Below are positions 17,279-26,521 of a stretch of DNA of 64,000 nucleotides, one piece after another. This stretch comes from Desulfatiglandales bacterium (lineage in GTDB: Bacteria > Desulfobacterota > DSM-4660 > Desulfatiglandales > HGW-15). A model generated the notes under the pieces. That model searched no databases, was not told where the DNA came from, and saw only the letters and a program-made list of their open reading frames with translations. Location: contig CAXXJJ010000004.1 of NCBI GenBank assembly GCA_963667015.2, positions 1,248,001 to 1,312,000 on the forward strand, read 5' to 3'. The position numbers were made by a program, and so were the translations under genes. Positions within the stretch are counted from its first letter, which is position 1. Every line of letters starts with the position of its first letter.

Positions 17279-18280
17279 ATGAATAAAAAAGAGCAGTTTT
17301 TGTCCGTGTTGAATAATGAACAACCCATGAAATGGATGGGTTACGGTTTTGACGCATTTCCTCAGATTATGTTTCACTGCGTAATAGACCCGATCTCAAT
17401 CTGGGATATCCTTCAGTTTTCCGGTGAAGCGGCTATTGACAACTGGGGAGGTACACTTCGACTGCTGCCCGGTGACCCCGGAATTATTCCGATTGTTAAT
17501 AAAGAAAATCAGGTAATTAAAGACATAACCAAATGGCGTGACTATGTAAAATTTCCCGAAATTCCGGATCTTGACTGGAGTGATGCAAAAAAGACAATCG
17601 ATGGAATAGACAGAGAGACAACACTGATCATGGTGCCCACCTTCCGCGGACTGTTTGAACGCGCTCACTGCCTGATGGTATTTGAAGAGTGTCTGATGAA
17701 CATGTATGGTGAACCTGAAGCCATGTATGAATTTTTTGGAGCCTACACAGACTGGAAACTTCAGGTGGTAGAACAGCTTATAGACAATCTCCAGCCGGAT
17801 GTTATCCACTCACATGATGACTGGGGTTCAAAGGACAACCTGCTTTTTTCACCGGATACATTCCGTGAACTGCTTAAACCTCATTACGCCCGTCTCTACA
17901 GCTACATAAAAAGCCGAGGCGTTCTTGTGCAGCATCATGCAGACTGTTACTGCCAGGGAATTGAAAAAGATATGGCGGAGATTGGCTGTGATATGTGGCA
18001 GGGAGCTATGGCCACAAATGATATACAGCTAATCAAGAAAAATACTGACTACAAAATGCTCATCATGGGCGGCCTGCAACAGCATGTCATAGACAGGGCT
18101 GATGCAACCGAGGAAGTTATCCGGGCCGAAGTCCGCAGGGCAATTGACGAATACGCACCGGGCGGTATGTTTGTTCCATGTATTCCAAGCCTTGAAACCA
18201 TTAACCCGCATGTAACACCAATCGTCATCGACGAATGTAATCGTTACGGTGCTGAATGGCTTGCAAAACAGCAGGGATAA
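17279..18280 (+). CDS. Second UroD/MtaA-family methyltransferase-like protein
   Basis: GLFERAH, HSHDDWG, HHADC, APGG; GGGAGG RBS. Confidence 0.8.
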   Translation: MNKKEQFLSVLNNEQPMKWMGYGFDAFPQIMFHCVIDPISIWDILQFSGEAAIDNWGGTLRLLPGDPGIIPIVNKENQVIKDITKWRDYVKFPEIPDLDWSDAKKTIDGIDRETTLIMVPTFRGLFERAHCLMVFEECLMNMYGEPEAMYEFFGAYTDWKLQVVEQLIDNLQPDVIHSHDDWGSKDNLLFSPDTFRELLKPHYARLYSYIKSRGVLVQHHADCYCQGIEKDMAEIGCDMWQGAMATNDIQLIKKNTDYKMLIMGGLQQHVIDRADATEEVIRAEVRRAIDEYAPGGMFVPCIPSLETINPHVTPIVIDECNRYGAEWLAKQQG

Positions 18281-18292
18281 TTAAGTAATAAC

Positions 18293-18344
18293 AAATAGAA
18301 AAACGCCTCTCCTTCCCATGTGGAAGGGAGGCGTTTTTCTATTT
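18293..18344. terminator. Bidirectional intrinsic terminator
   Basis: AAATAGAAAAACGCCTC..CTTCC / GGAAG.GAGGCGTTTTTCTATTT between convergent genes. Confidence 0.8.
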
Positions 18345-18350
18345 AAACTC

Positions 18351-18779
18351 TTATTTCCCCTTCAGATATGCCTCTTTCTGCAACCTTATCATCTCCTCCT
18401 TTTCCCCAATTACATAATTTCTCTTTATGAGCTTTGCCGGGAAAGACGGTGATGAGATATACTGAAGGCTGGTATCCAGAAACTGCTGTTTCATGTCTTC
18501 AAATATATTGTTTTTTTCATCCTGTGCAATAAAATTCCTGGTCTTGCTGTAACTGTATGATGTGCTGTTCCCGAGGATTGATGTTACTTTACTAATATCA
18601 AGATTATTCAATATCTCGTCCCTGAAGTAATCCTCTTTTATATCAACATCTATTGAGGCCTCAAAGGTTACCTGACACCTGTCTCCGGCTATATGTTTGA
18701 AACGGGAAAAAATGACCAGTTCCAGGTTATTTTCAAGCCCGTTTTTATATGATATCTCTTTGTATTCTTCCGAGTTCAT
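18351..18779 (-). CDS. Hypothetical protein
   Basis: About 142 aa from MNSEEY with AGGAAG RBS; no recognised motif. Confidence 0.6.
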   Translation of the reverse strand: MNSEEYKEISYKNGLENNLELVIFSRFKHIAGDRCQVTFEASIDVDIKEDYFRDEILNNLDISKVTSILGNSTSYSYSKTRNFIAQDEKNNIFEDMKQQFLDTSLQYISSPSFPAKLIKRNYVIGEKEEMIRLQKEAYLKGK

Positions 18780-18923
18780 GTTGACTTCCTGTTTATTGAA
18801 ATTACTGGCAAATCCAAATAAATTATTAATTTCATATACTATAAAAAATATCTTTTTAGCCATTAGTATTTATGGTAGACAGCATAAAATAATAATATTT
18901 TCTTATCACTTGCGAGCCGAGAG

Positions 18924-20333
18924 ATGCAATATATACTTTTATTATCAAAAAACCCGGAAATCTACCGCCAGCTTGAACCCTGTTTCGGAGCAGATGTACA
19001 GATAAGCCGGGCTGAAAATGAAAATCAGGCGATATCGATGCTGCAGAGCAGACGTTTTGAATATGTATTTGTAGATATCAATATGTTCAGTCTCTCAGAA
19101 AATAATGGCGGGAATTACAGGAATTATATCAAGCCCTTTCTTGGGCTCTACCCGACCCTTGACGTAATAATAATAACACCGGTTGAAAAAATAAGAGAGG
19201 CCCTTATTGCTGTTAAAGAGGGAGCAAGAGACTATACGCTCTTTCCAGTGAAACCTGATGATGTCTGCTATGTATTGAAGAATGCAAAGGAGTCGCAGAT
19301 AGTCAGATCCGAACTGGATTATCTGCGGGATCGTTTTCGCGAGAGCGATATCCAGCTGACAATGAGGACTGCCAACAGCAAGATGAAGGCTGTCTATGAC
19401 AAACTGAAATCAGTAGCGACTACAAACAGCACTGTCCTTATTTCCGGAGAAACAGGTACAGGAAAGGGTGTTCTGGCAAGGCTGATACACCGTCACAGCA
19501 ACAGAAAGGATGCCCAGTTCATTAGTGTCCACTGCGGGGCTATTCCGGATACACTTCTTGAGAGTGAGCTTTTCGGACATGAAAAAGGTGCATTTACAAG
19601 CGCCGTTAAAAGAAAACTCGGAAAATTCGAGATTGCAGACAGGGGAACAATCTTTCTTGATGAAATAGGTACAATAACCCCTGCCGCACAGATAAAACTT
19701 TTACAGGTACTTCAGGATGGCATATTCCAGCGTGTCGGCGGCGAAGTTACCATTCACACGGATGTAAGAATAATTGCTGCAACCAATATGGATCTGAAAC
19801 AGATGTGTGAAGAGGGTCAGTTCAGGAAGGATCTCTATTACAGGCTTAATGTTTTTCCTATTGAAGTACCTCTTTTAATGGAACGATCCGAAGACATCCC
19901 CCACCTTGCCATGATGTTTCTTGACAGGATGAATAAACTCAATACAAAGGCGATAACAGGGATTTCTCCTGCTGTTATGGAAGCACTTGTTCATTACCCC
20001 TGGCCTGGCAATATCAGGGAGCTCGAAAACCTGATTGAAAGGGCCTATATACTTGAAACCGGCCCTGTTCTCCATCCTGATAGCTTTCCAGGGGAAATAT
20101 TTGAATACGGCTCTTCCGACCTGGAAGTAACCAGGGATAATGCCGGAAGCCTTGCCTATGTCAGGAAAAAGGGTATTGAAGAAATAGAAAAAAATTACCT
20201 CATGGACCTCTTAAATGAAACCATGGGCAGGATTAAACAGGCTGCAGAAATAGCCGGAATAACAACCAGGCAGCTTCACAAATTAATGACCAAATACAAC
20301 CTTCACAAGGAAGATTATAAAACACGCAGATGA
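18924..20333 (+). CDS. NtrC-like sigma54 activator with atypical receiver domain
   Basis: GETGTGKG, GAFTSA, FLDEIG, WPGNIREL, HTH. Receiver lacks the N-terminal acidic pair and the conserved Lys. Confidence 0.9.
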   Translation: MQYILLLSKNPEIYRQLEPCFGADVQISRAENENQAISMLQSRRFEYVFVDINMFSLSENNGGNYRNYIKPFLGLYPTLDVIIITPVEKIREALIAVKEGARDYTLFPVKPDDVCYVLKNAKESQIVRSELDYLRDRFRESDIQLTMRTANSKMKAVYDKLKSVATTNSTVLISGETGTGKGVLARLIHRHSNRKDAQFISVHCGAIPDTLLESELFGHEKGAFTSAVKRKLGKFEIADRGTIFLDEIGTITPAAQIKLLQVLQDGIFQRVGGEVTIHTDVRIIAATNMDLKQMCEEGQFRKDLYYRLNVFPIEVPLLMERSEDIPHLAMMFLDRMNKLNTKAITGISPAVMEALVHYPWPGNIRELENLIERAYILETGPVLHPDSFPGEIFEYGSSDLEVTRDNAGSLAYVRKKGIEEIEKNYLMDLLNETMGRIKQAAEIAGITTRQLHKLMTKYNLHKEDYKTRR

Positions 20334-20336
20334 ACA

Positions 20337-20480
20337 GGAACATGTATTTCCTGTTCTACCTTGTTAAGAATCTTCACTTCCTTTAATTGCTCTGCATTAA
20401 TAAGCCGTTAATACTCGCCAGTAAACGACCAACAGACTGAAAATATCTGTTTTGAGATAAAAGTCGGAATTTGCAATTCT
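20337..20480. promoter_or_regulatory. Three GAA-N7-TTC sites (candidate enhancer)
   Basis: GGAA-catgtat-TTCC (20337), AGAA-tcttcac-TTCC (20367), GGAA-tttgcaa-TTCT (20466). Confidence 0.5.
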
Positions 20481-20532
20481 CATACCTGCTCCAATGATCT
20501 TTTTTACTGTTTAATTTCAACAAGTTACAATC

Positions 20533-20548
20533 AGGCATGCTCTTTGCT
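20533..20548 (+). promoter_or_regulatory. sigma54 promoter
   Basis: AGGCATGCTCTTTGCT (GG-N10-GC), preceded by IHF-like TTTCAACAAGTTA. Confidence 0.65.
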
Positions 20549-20640
20549 TAATATATCTTGATTTTAATAAGACAACCGCAGCCATTATTCAGCAAATGTG
20601 GCTGGAATTTAAGTGGATAATTATCAGGAGGAAAGAGATT

Positions 20641-21024
20641 ATGGGAAAAAAACTGGGATTCATATCAATAAACATATTAGCATTTTTTATTACGGCTGTT
20701 TTTGCAGGATCAGCCCTTGCAGCAGAGGCCAAAAAGACGGTTACGGGGATAGTGACAGAAAGCTATCAGATAATAACCGATGATGATGTAGTATACGATA
20801 TCGCTGAAAACGAAACCGGAGATGAACTGGTTGAAAATGCAGGCAATAAAGTAAGGGCAACAGGCAAAGTCGAATATGATGAGGACACGGATACCAGAAC
20901 AATCATTGTTGATTCATTCACAGTTATTGAGGAAGCCGAACTTGAAGCTCAACCGGAAGAAGAGCCTGAAATGGAATTCGAATCTGATCCTGATATGGAA
21001 TATGAGGCTGAACCTGAAGCCTGA
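20641..21024 (+). CDS. Exported small OB-fold-like protein with acidic tail
   Basis: Signal peptide ALA-A, V.ATG.V strand pattern, EPE-rich C-terminus. Confidence 0.7.
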   Translation: MGKKLGFISINILAFFITAVFAGSALAAEAKKTVTGIVTESYQIITDDDVVYDIAENETGDELVENAGNKVRATGKVEYDEDTDTRTIIVDSFTVIEEAELEAQPEEEPEMEFESDPDMEYEAEPEA

Positions 21025-21058
21025 TAACAGTTAAGACTGATCAACAAATTAATCTTCC

Positions 21059-21089
21059 AGGGAAGATATTCAATATCTTCCCTTTTTTA
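21059..21089 (+). terminator. Intrinsic terminator
   Basis: AGGGAAGATATT-C-AATATCTTCCCT followed by T run. Confidence 0.75.
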
Positions 21090-21153
21090 TTGGGATTACC
21101 ATTCACAATATACGTGGTTTTTATATAAAAATGGCAATGTAAAACCATTATAG

Positions 21154-21429
21154 ATGCAGGAAAATAATATGGAAGAGAACAGGAAAATAAAAACGATTAC
21201 AGGAATTGTATATTCAGCAAAAAAAGACCATAATGGACAGGTAATTTCGGTCCTTTTAGACTCACTGGATGAAGATCAGGAAATGTACAGAGTTTCTCCT
21301 GGAAAAAAGAGTGACAATTTACTGGAACTCATTAATAAGACAGTAGAAGTTTCCGGCAGCGTATCTGAAGATGCAAAAGGAGATCTTATTATCAACGTAA
21401 TTGACTTTAGACTGTTAGAAGAGACCTGA
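21154..21429 (+). CDS. Small OB-fold-like hypothetical protein, similar to the preceding one
   Basis: TITGIV...LLELINKTVEVSGSV...I.V.DF parallels 20641 protein. Confidence 0.6.
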   Translation: MQENNMEENRKIKTITGIVYSAKKDHNGQVISVLLDSLDEDQEMYRVSPGKKSDNLLELINKTVEVSGSVSEDAKGDLIINVIDFRLLEET

Positions 21430-21503
21430 AGGGAATATTATATGGGGAGTTACGATGATGTTAAAAAAAAGCCGGGGAAAGAACCTTTAATATACTGCTT
21501 ATA

Positions 21504-21881
21504 TTGGCGGGGAGTATTATCTGTGCTGTTTCAGTTAACGGAATCCTTATCCCCAACAAATTCATGAGCGGAGGCTTTACCGGTTTAGCGCCTGTTATCC
21601 ACTATCTGTCCCCGCCATTTTCAGTAGGACTGCTGTATCTCATTTTAAACATTCCGGTTTTTGTCCTGGGATGGCTGTATGTGGGGAAAAGATTCTTCTT
21701 TTACAGTCATAGAAGGACATGGACAGGGCATGAAACAAACATCCTTTATACTGTTATAAGCCTTAGGGAACTACCGAGGCTAAAAAGGCTGTTAACCGAT
21801 ATTGATAAAAACGTATTTATGGTTGTACTTGATACAATGGAAGTCATGGGAAAAAGGATCGGCAATCAACCTCACTGGTAA
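21504..21881 (+). pseudogene. YitT/DUF2179 membrane protein with large internal deletion
   Basis: N-terminal SGGFTGLA..LNIPVF joined directly to C-terminal WTG..LYTVI..ELPRLK..ID..FMVV..EVMG. Confidence 0.65.
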
Positions 21882-21944
21882 TGGCAGCATGAAAATATTA
21901 AAGGTTATGTATCTATAAACACGGCACAGGCCAAGATCAATATC

Positions 21945-21961
21945 TTGGCATAAAAACTGCA
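21945..21961 (+). promoter_or_regulatory. sigma54 promoter upstream of DksA-like gene
   Basis: TTGGCATAAAAACTGCA (GG-N10-GC). Confidence 0.55.
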
Positions 21962-22078
21962 TAAATAGCCTTTGAAAAAAAATTAAATGGCATGCATTTT
22001 TTACTTGATTCATAATTAATTTTAAAATATCTGTTGCCATTCTTTTTTATAGATTCATTATCTCATACAGGAGGTTGC

Positions 22079-22750
22079 ATGGGACAAAATTTTAGTGGGG
22101 ACAGGACTTCAAAGCGTAAGAAAAAAAATATACCTCCTTTGCTTAATAACAAACCTGTCAAAAAAATACGTACAAAAGAGAGAAGCGATCAGTTCAGATC
22201 GAGGTTTCATTTGCACCTTCTTGAAAAGAAGAAAGAACTTGAAAAAACCATTGATTACCTGCGTAATGAAACCAATGATGATTACAGTAAAATTTCCTTC
22301 GACGGCATGACAGATGAACTTGACCGGACAGACAGGGAGATGGCGGCACAAAACTTTTATAAGTTTCTTGATCGCAAAAAAAATGAGCTGAACAGGATCG
22401 AGGCACTTATTGAAAGAATTAAACATGATCAGGATTTTGGCATCTGTGAGGAATGCGAGCGGCCTATCCCGGAAGCAAGGCTTATGATAGTGCCCGAAGC
22501 TGTTCTGTGTGTTGCATGTCAGGAAGAACTTGAAAGATTTGAGTCAAGGACCAATTTTTCCGCCTCAAACAATAAGACCCTGCAGTACAAAGACGATTAC
22601 GAGCCGGAAGAAGAATCTAACAACATGGATGATGCAGGTATTGTAACAAAAGCCGGTTCAGAGGCAATGTCCCTTATGGACATGGAAGAAATTGACATGG
22701 TTGATCTTCCTGAAGGGCCGGAAGATGACGGTGAAACAACAGAAGAATAG
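22079..22750 (+). CDS. TraR/DksA C4 zinc-finger protein with acidic C-terminal extension
   Basis: Coiled coil with DELDRT tip, FGICEEC..I..ARL..P.A.LCVAC; GGAGG RBS. Confidence 0.85.
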   Translation: MGQNFSGDRTSKRKKKNIPPLLNNKPVKKIRTKERSDQFRSRFHLHLLEKKKELEKTIDYLRNETNDDYSKISFDGMTDELDRTDREMAAQNFYKFLDRKKNELNRIEALIERIKHDQDFGICEECERPIPEARLMIVPEAVLCVACQEELERFESRTNFSASNNKTLQYKDDYEPEEESNNMDDAGIVTKAGSEAMSLMDMEEIDMVDLPEGPEDDGETTEE

Positions 22751-23044
22751 TAATTTTCTTTACCGGGTATAAAAGATATTCAGTCCAGGAAACAACTTCC
22801 TGTCTTCCTTTTAACAAAAAAAAGGGCCGGCATCTTCGGCCCGCGCCTCATCTTATGGAAGTTCAATATAATATTTTAAACAAATCCATCATCGACAAGA
22901 ATATCTGATATAAAAAACAATATTATTTTGTGTAATTACATTAGCCTTTTTACCTGAGTAAAATTTGATTATTATCATGGGGTTTGCTATATATCGATCG
23001 ATTATCAGATCCGGTTTTTAAATCTTAACAGGAAGATACACAGG

Positions 23045-23848
23045 ATGATCAATACAAATCTAATTTTAACTCCAGTAAACAGCCTGGGGAAATGGACTAT
23101 TTTTATACTTCAGGAAATGGGCAGAACAGGAAGCTTCCTGCTTGAAGGTTTATTTAATATATTTACCCTGCCGGTTCAATTTTCAAAGATAATCCAGCAG
23201 ATATATTTTATTGGTCTTAAATCCGTCTTTGTCATTTGCCTGACAGGGGTATTTACAGGAATGGTGCTGGGGCTCCAGGGATACTACACCCTTTCAAAGT
23301 TCGGGGCCGAAGGGGTTCTTGGTTCTGCAGTAGCACTGTCCCTGATACGTGAACTTGGTCCTGTTCTTACGGCAATAATGGTGATAGGGCGCGCTGGATC
23401 AGCTATTGCAGCAGAAATAGGCATAATGAGAATTTCCGAACAGATTGACGCCCTTGAAACAATGGATATAAACCCTGTAAGATTTCTTGTAAGCCCGCGA
23501 ATCGCGGCTTCCATAATAAGTTTTCCCCTTCTGACCGCTATGTTTAATGTAATAGGCATCTGGGGCGGATACCTCTCCGGCTCACTGCTGCTGGGGCTTA
23601 ATAAAGGAATCTATTTTTCGAGAGTTGAATCAGGGATATCCCTTGAGGATGTAACCGGCTGCGGGATCAAGGCGATAGTTTTTTCTATTATTGTCGTAAC
23701 AATATGCTGCTACCAGGGATATTATGTGCATACAAGAAGCGATGGGCACGGGGCAAAGGGAGTTGGCTTTGCAACCACATCAGCAGTAGTAATATCATGT
23801 GTACTCGTACTTGTATCAGATTATGTCATGACCTCATTCCTTCTCTAA
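23045..23848 (+). CDS. mlaE: MlaE family ABC permease
   Basis: RELGPVLTA, GRAGSAIAAEIG.M.ISEQIDAL. Confidence 0.92.
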   Translation: MINTNLILTPVNSLGKWTIFILQEMGRTGSFLLEGLFNIFTLPVQFSKIIQQIYFIGLKSVFVICLTGVFTGMVLGLQGYYTLSKFGAEGVLGSAVALSLIRELGPVLTAIMVIGRAGSAIAAEIGIMRISEQIDALETMDINPVRFLVSPRIAASIISFPLLTAMFNVIGIWGGYLSGSLLLGLNKGIYFSRVESGISLEDVTGCGIKAIVFSIIVVTICCYQGYYVHTRSDGHGAKGVGFATTSAVVISCVLVLVSDYVMTSFLL

Positions 23849-23878
23849 TGAAGTGCCTCCGTAAATATATGGGGATAT

Positions 23879-25084
23879 ATGGATAATAATTATCTTATAG
23901 AATTAAAAAATGTATCAAAGAGATTTGGGCAGCAGGTAGTACTTGATAACGTAAACATTACTGTCAACAGGGGCGAGATAACTACAATAATCGGCATGAG
24001 CGGTGTGGGCAAGTCTGTCCTGCTCAAACATATTATCGGGCTGATAACCCCTGATTCCGGTGAAATCTTTTATGAGGGACGCAATATATCAAAACTCTCA
24101 CGCAGGGGAAAAAGTCAGGTAAAGAAAAAATTCAGCTATATGTTTCAGGGAACAGCCCTCTTTGATTCTATGACAGTATATGAAAATATCGCTCTTCCCC
24201 TTAAGGAAAAAGATCATCTGTCACATGATGCACTCCAGAGAGTTGTAATGGATAAAATGGACCAGTTGGATATTAGCTCCATGGCAAAAAAATATCCTTC
24301 AGAACTGTCCGGAGGCATGAAAAAAAGGGTAGCCCTGACAAGGGCGCTTGTTACTGACCCAGAAATAGTACTCTTTGATGAACCCACAACAGGTCTGGAC
24401 CCCATAAGGAGAAACGCAGTACACAGCATGATATCAGATTATCAGCAAAAACTCGGTTTTACCGGCATTCTAGTAAGCCATGAAATCCCCGAGGTATTAT
24501 ACATTTCACAAAAACTGATAATGCTCCATGAATCGAGGATAATATATCAGGGGCCGGTCGACGATCTTCAGGATAACCGGGATCCTGTTGTAAACCAGTT
24601 TATCAGCGGCCTGGAAGATCGTCATGACTCATTGACCGGACTGCTTCCCCAGCCAAGGGGTGAAGAAAGATTCAATGAAGAACTCGCCAGATTCCGGCGC
24701 CATGATACAGTTTTTTCGATTATTGTATTCAGGATCAAGGAACTCGATAAAATACATGAAAAAGCAGGACATGCCGTGTGCCAGGAACTGCTCAAGGAGT
24801 TTTCAACCGAACTCAGGGCAAATCTCAGGATTACGGATATCTGCTTCAGATATACTCTTAATAAAATGATAGCGCTGCTGCCAAATACAAACCTGGAACA
24901 GGCCAGGCAGGCATGTGACAAACTTTCCAGAATAATAGATAAAGGTCGGATGAAGAAAATATTGGCTGAATCATCAATGAACTGTTCCATTAATGCAGGT
25001 TTTGCAGAAGCAAGAAAAGACATGCAGTTTGAGCATCTGATAAAAGAAGCTGAGACCGGAATTGAAGATGTCTGTTTTTTTTGA
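23879..25084 (+). CDS. mlaF: MlaF ABC ATPase fused to degenerate GGDEF domain
   Basis: GMSGVGKS, LSGGMKKR, DEPTTGLDP; C-terminal DSLTGL...RITDICFRYTLNK. Confidence 0.88.
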   Translation: MDNNYLIELKNVSKRFGQQVVLDNVNITVNRGEITTIIGMSGVGKSVLLKHIIGLITPDSGEIFYEGRNISKLSRRGKSQVKKKFSYMFQGTALFDSMTVYENIALPLKEKDHLSHDALQRVVMDKMDQLDISSMAKKYPSELSGGMKKRVALTRALVTDPEIVLFDEPTTGLDPIRRNAVHSMISDYQQKLGFTGILVSHEIPEVLYISQKLIMLHESRIIYQGPVDDLQDNRDPVVNQFISGLEDRHDSLTGLLPQPRGEERFNEELARFRRHDTVFSIIVFRIKELDKIHEKAGHAVCQELLKEFSTELRANLRITDICFRYTLNKMIALLPNTNLEQARQACDKLSRIIDKGRMKKILAESSMNCSINAGFAEARKDMQFEHLIKEAETGIEDVCFF

Positions 25085-25100
25085 GTAAAGCGGAGGAATA

Positions 25101-25550
25101 ATGAAGAAATCATCTATTGAAACATCTGTTGGAATTTTCATGTTTATCGGTATTTTATGTGTTGCTTATCTTACAATTCACCTTGGAAAAATGGACTTTA
25201 TTGGTGGTGACTATTATCAGCTGCGTGCGAGATTTCAGTCTGTATCCGGCCTTAAGGTTGGGGCAAATATTGAGATGGCAGGTGTCCAGATAGGAACCAT
25301 AGAAGCAATATCACTAAACCGGGAAAAAAAGATTGCTGAAGTAACAATGAATATACAGAATGACATCCAGTTTGAAGAAGATGCGATAGCATCCATTAAA
25401 ACGGCCGGACTCATTGGTGATAAATATATAATGATTTCACCCGGTGGGTCCGATATTATATTAAAGCCTGGAGAAGTTATTTTAGAGACCGAATCAGCAG
25501 TTGATCTTGAAGATCTTATCAGTAAATACCTGTTCGGTATTGCAGAATAA
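25101..25550 (+). CDS. mlaD: MlaD / MCE substrate-binding protein
   Basis: ETSVG, F..VSGLK.GA...AGV.IG, I.TAGLIGDKYI.I.PGG. Confidence 0.92.
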   Translation: MKKSSIETSVGIFMFIGILCVAYLTIHLGKMDFIGGDYYQLRARFQSVSGLKVGANIEMAGVQIGTIEAISLNREKKIAEVTMNIQNDIQFEEDAIASIKTAGLIGDKYIMISPGGSDIILKPGEVILETESAVDLEDLISKYLFGIAE

Positions 25551-25687
25551 CATAAGTAACTTATTTGAATTTAAATTTACGGAGACTTCGATGAAAAAAC
25601 TGTTTTCACCTTATTTAATTATCATAAAGAAAACCCGGTTGAGTTAATAGAAATATAAAGGAAAAAATCAGGTAATAAGTTACTGAC

Positions 25688-26494
25688 ATGATCCCTTCAT
25701 TAGATAGAATATTTTTCTTTGTGTTTATTATTCTTTATTTATCAGGTGTCAATTACAGCACAGCCGGAGAAACATACAGGTGGATAGATAAAGACGGGAG
25801 AGTTCATTTTTCTGACCGCGCGCCAGATGATCAGGCACTTAAACCTGATATCATCCACCTGAATGAAGATGCCGGGGAAGAAACCCATATCAAGACAATA
25901 CATAAGGACCTTGATAAAACCAGCCTTAACCCGATCGAACATACGGCGGAATCAACCTTTACCATAAAGGGATCAAACACTATTGGCACAGGATTTTTTA
26001 TATCACCCAACGGATATGCAATAACATGCAAACACGTGATTGAAGAGAGCGGCAGCCATACTGCAGTGCTGCATAACCAGCAGGAATATCCTATTGGTGT
26101 TATTTCTAAAAGCCGTGAACATGACCTTGCCCTGATACTTGTAACAACAGCTCAAAGGACTCCCTATCTCGAATTAAGAAACCCGAATTCAATGAAACCT
26201 GGAGAAAAGGTATATGCTGTTGGCAGTTCAGCAGGACTACAGTCAACAATAACAGATGGACTTTTTACGGGTTTGAGAAAACATATGCCCACAGAAATAA
26301 GGACCGTTCAGTTCTCGGCGCCTGTTAATCCCGGAAACAGCGGAGGTCCGCTAATAGACAAGGATGGGAAAGCGATCGGAGCAGTCAGCTGGAAACTAAT
26401 ATCCAACAATGGCATACCCGTAACAGGTATCGGATTTGCGGTTCCTGCTGATTATATACTTGATGAATACAGGGTCTATATAAAAAAAAGATAG
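25688..26494 (+). CDS. Exported DUF4124 + trypsin-like serine protease
   Basis: YRWIDKDGRVHFSD; GTGFFI, TCKHV, DLAL, NPGNSGGP. Confidence 0.88.
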   Translation: MIPSLDRIFFFVFIILYLSGVNYSTAGETYRWIDKDGRVHFSDRAPDDQALKPDIIHLNEDAGEETHIKTIHKDLDKTSLNPIEHTAESTFTIKGSNTIGTGFFISPNGYAITCKHVIEESGSHTAVLHNQQEYPIGVISKSREHDLALILVTTAQRTPYLELRNPNSMKPGEKVYAVGSSAGLQSTITDGLFTGLRKHMPTEIRTVQFSAPVNPGNSGGPLIDKDGKAIGAVSWKLISNNGIPVTGIGFAVPADYILDEYRVYIKKR

Positions 26495-26521
26495 CAGGAT
26501 CAGCAGATAAATTATTCCGGG

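Noticed and set aside
20930..21024. Repetitive GAACCT/GAGCCT DNA, also at about 62090-62130
   Set aside because: Encodes low-complexity Glu-Pro linkers; not a CRISPR or DNA-level repeat.
25591..25647. 18-codon ORF with RBS after mlaD (possible mlaC stub)
   Set aside because: Too short to assign; mentioned only as a possible remnant.
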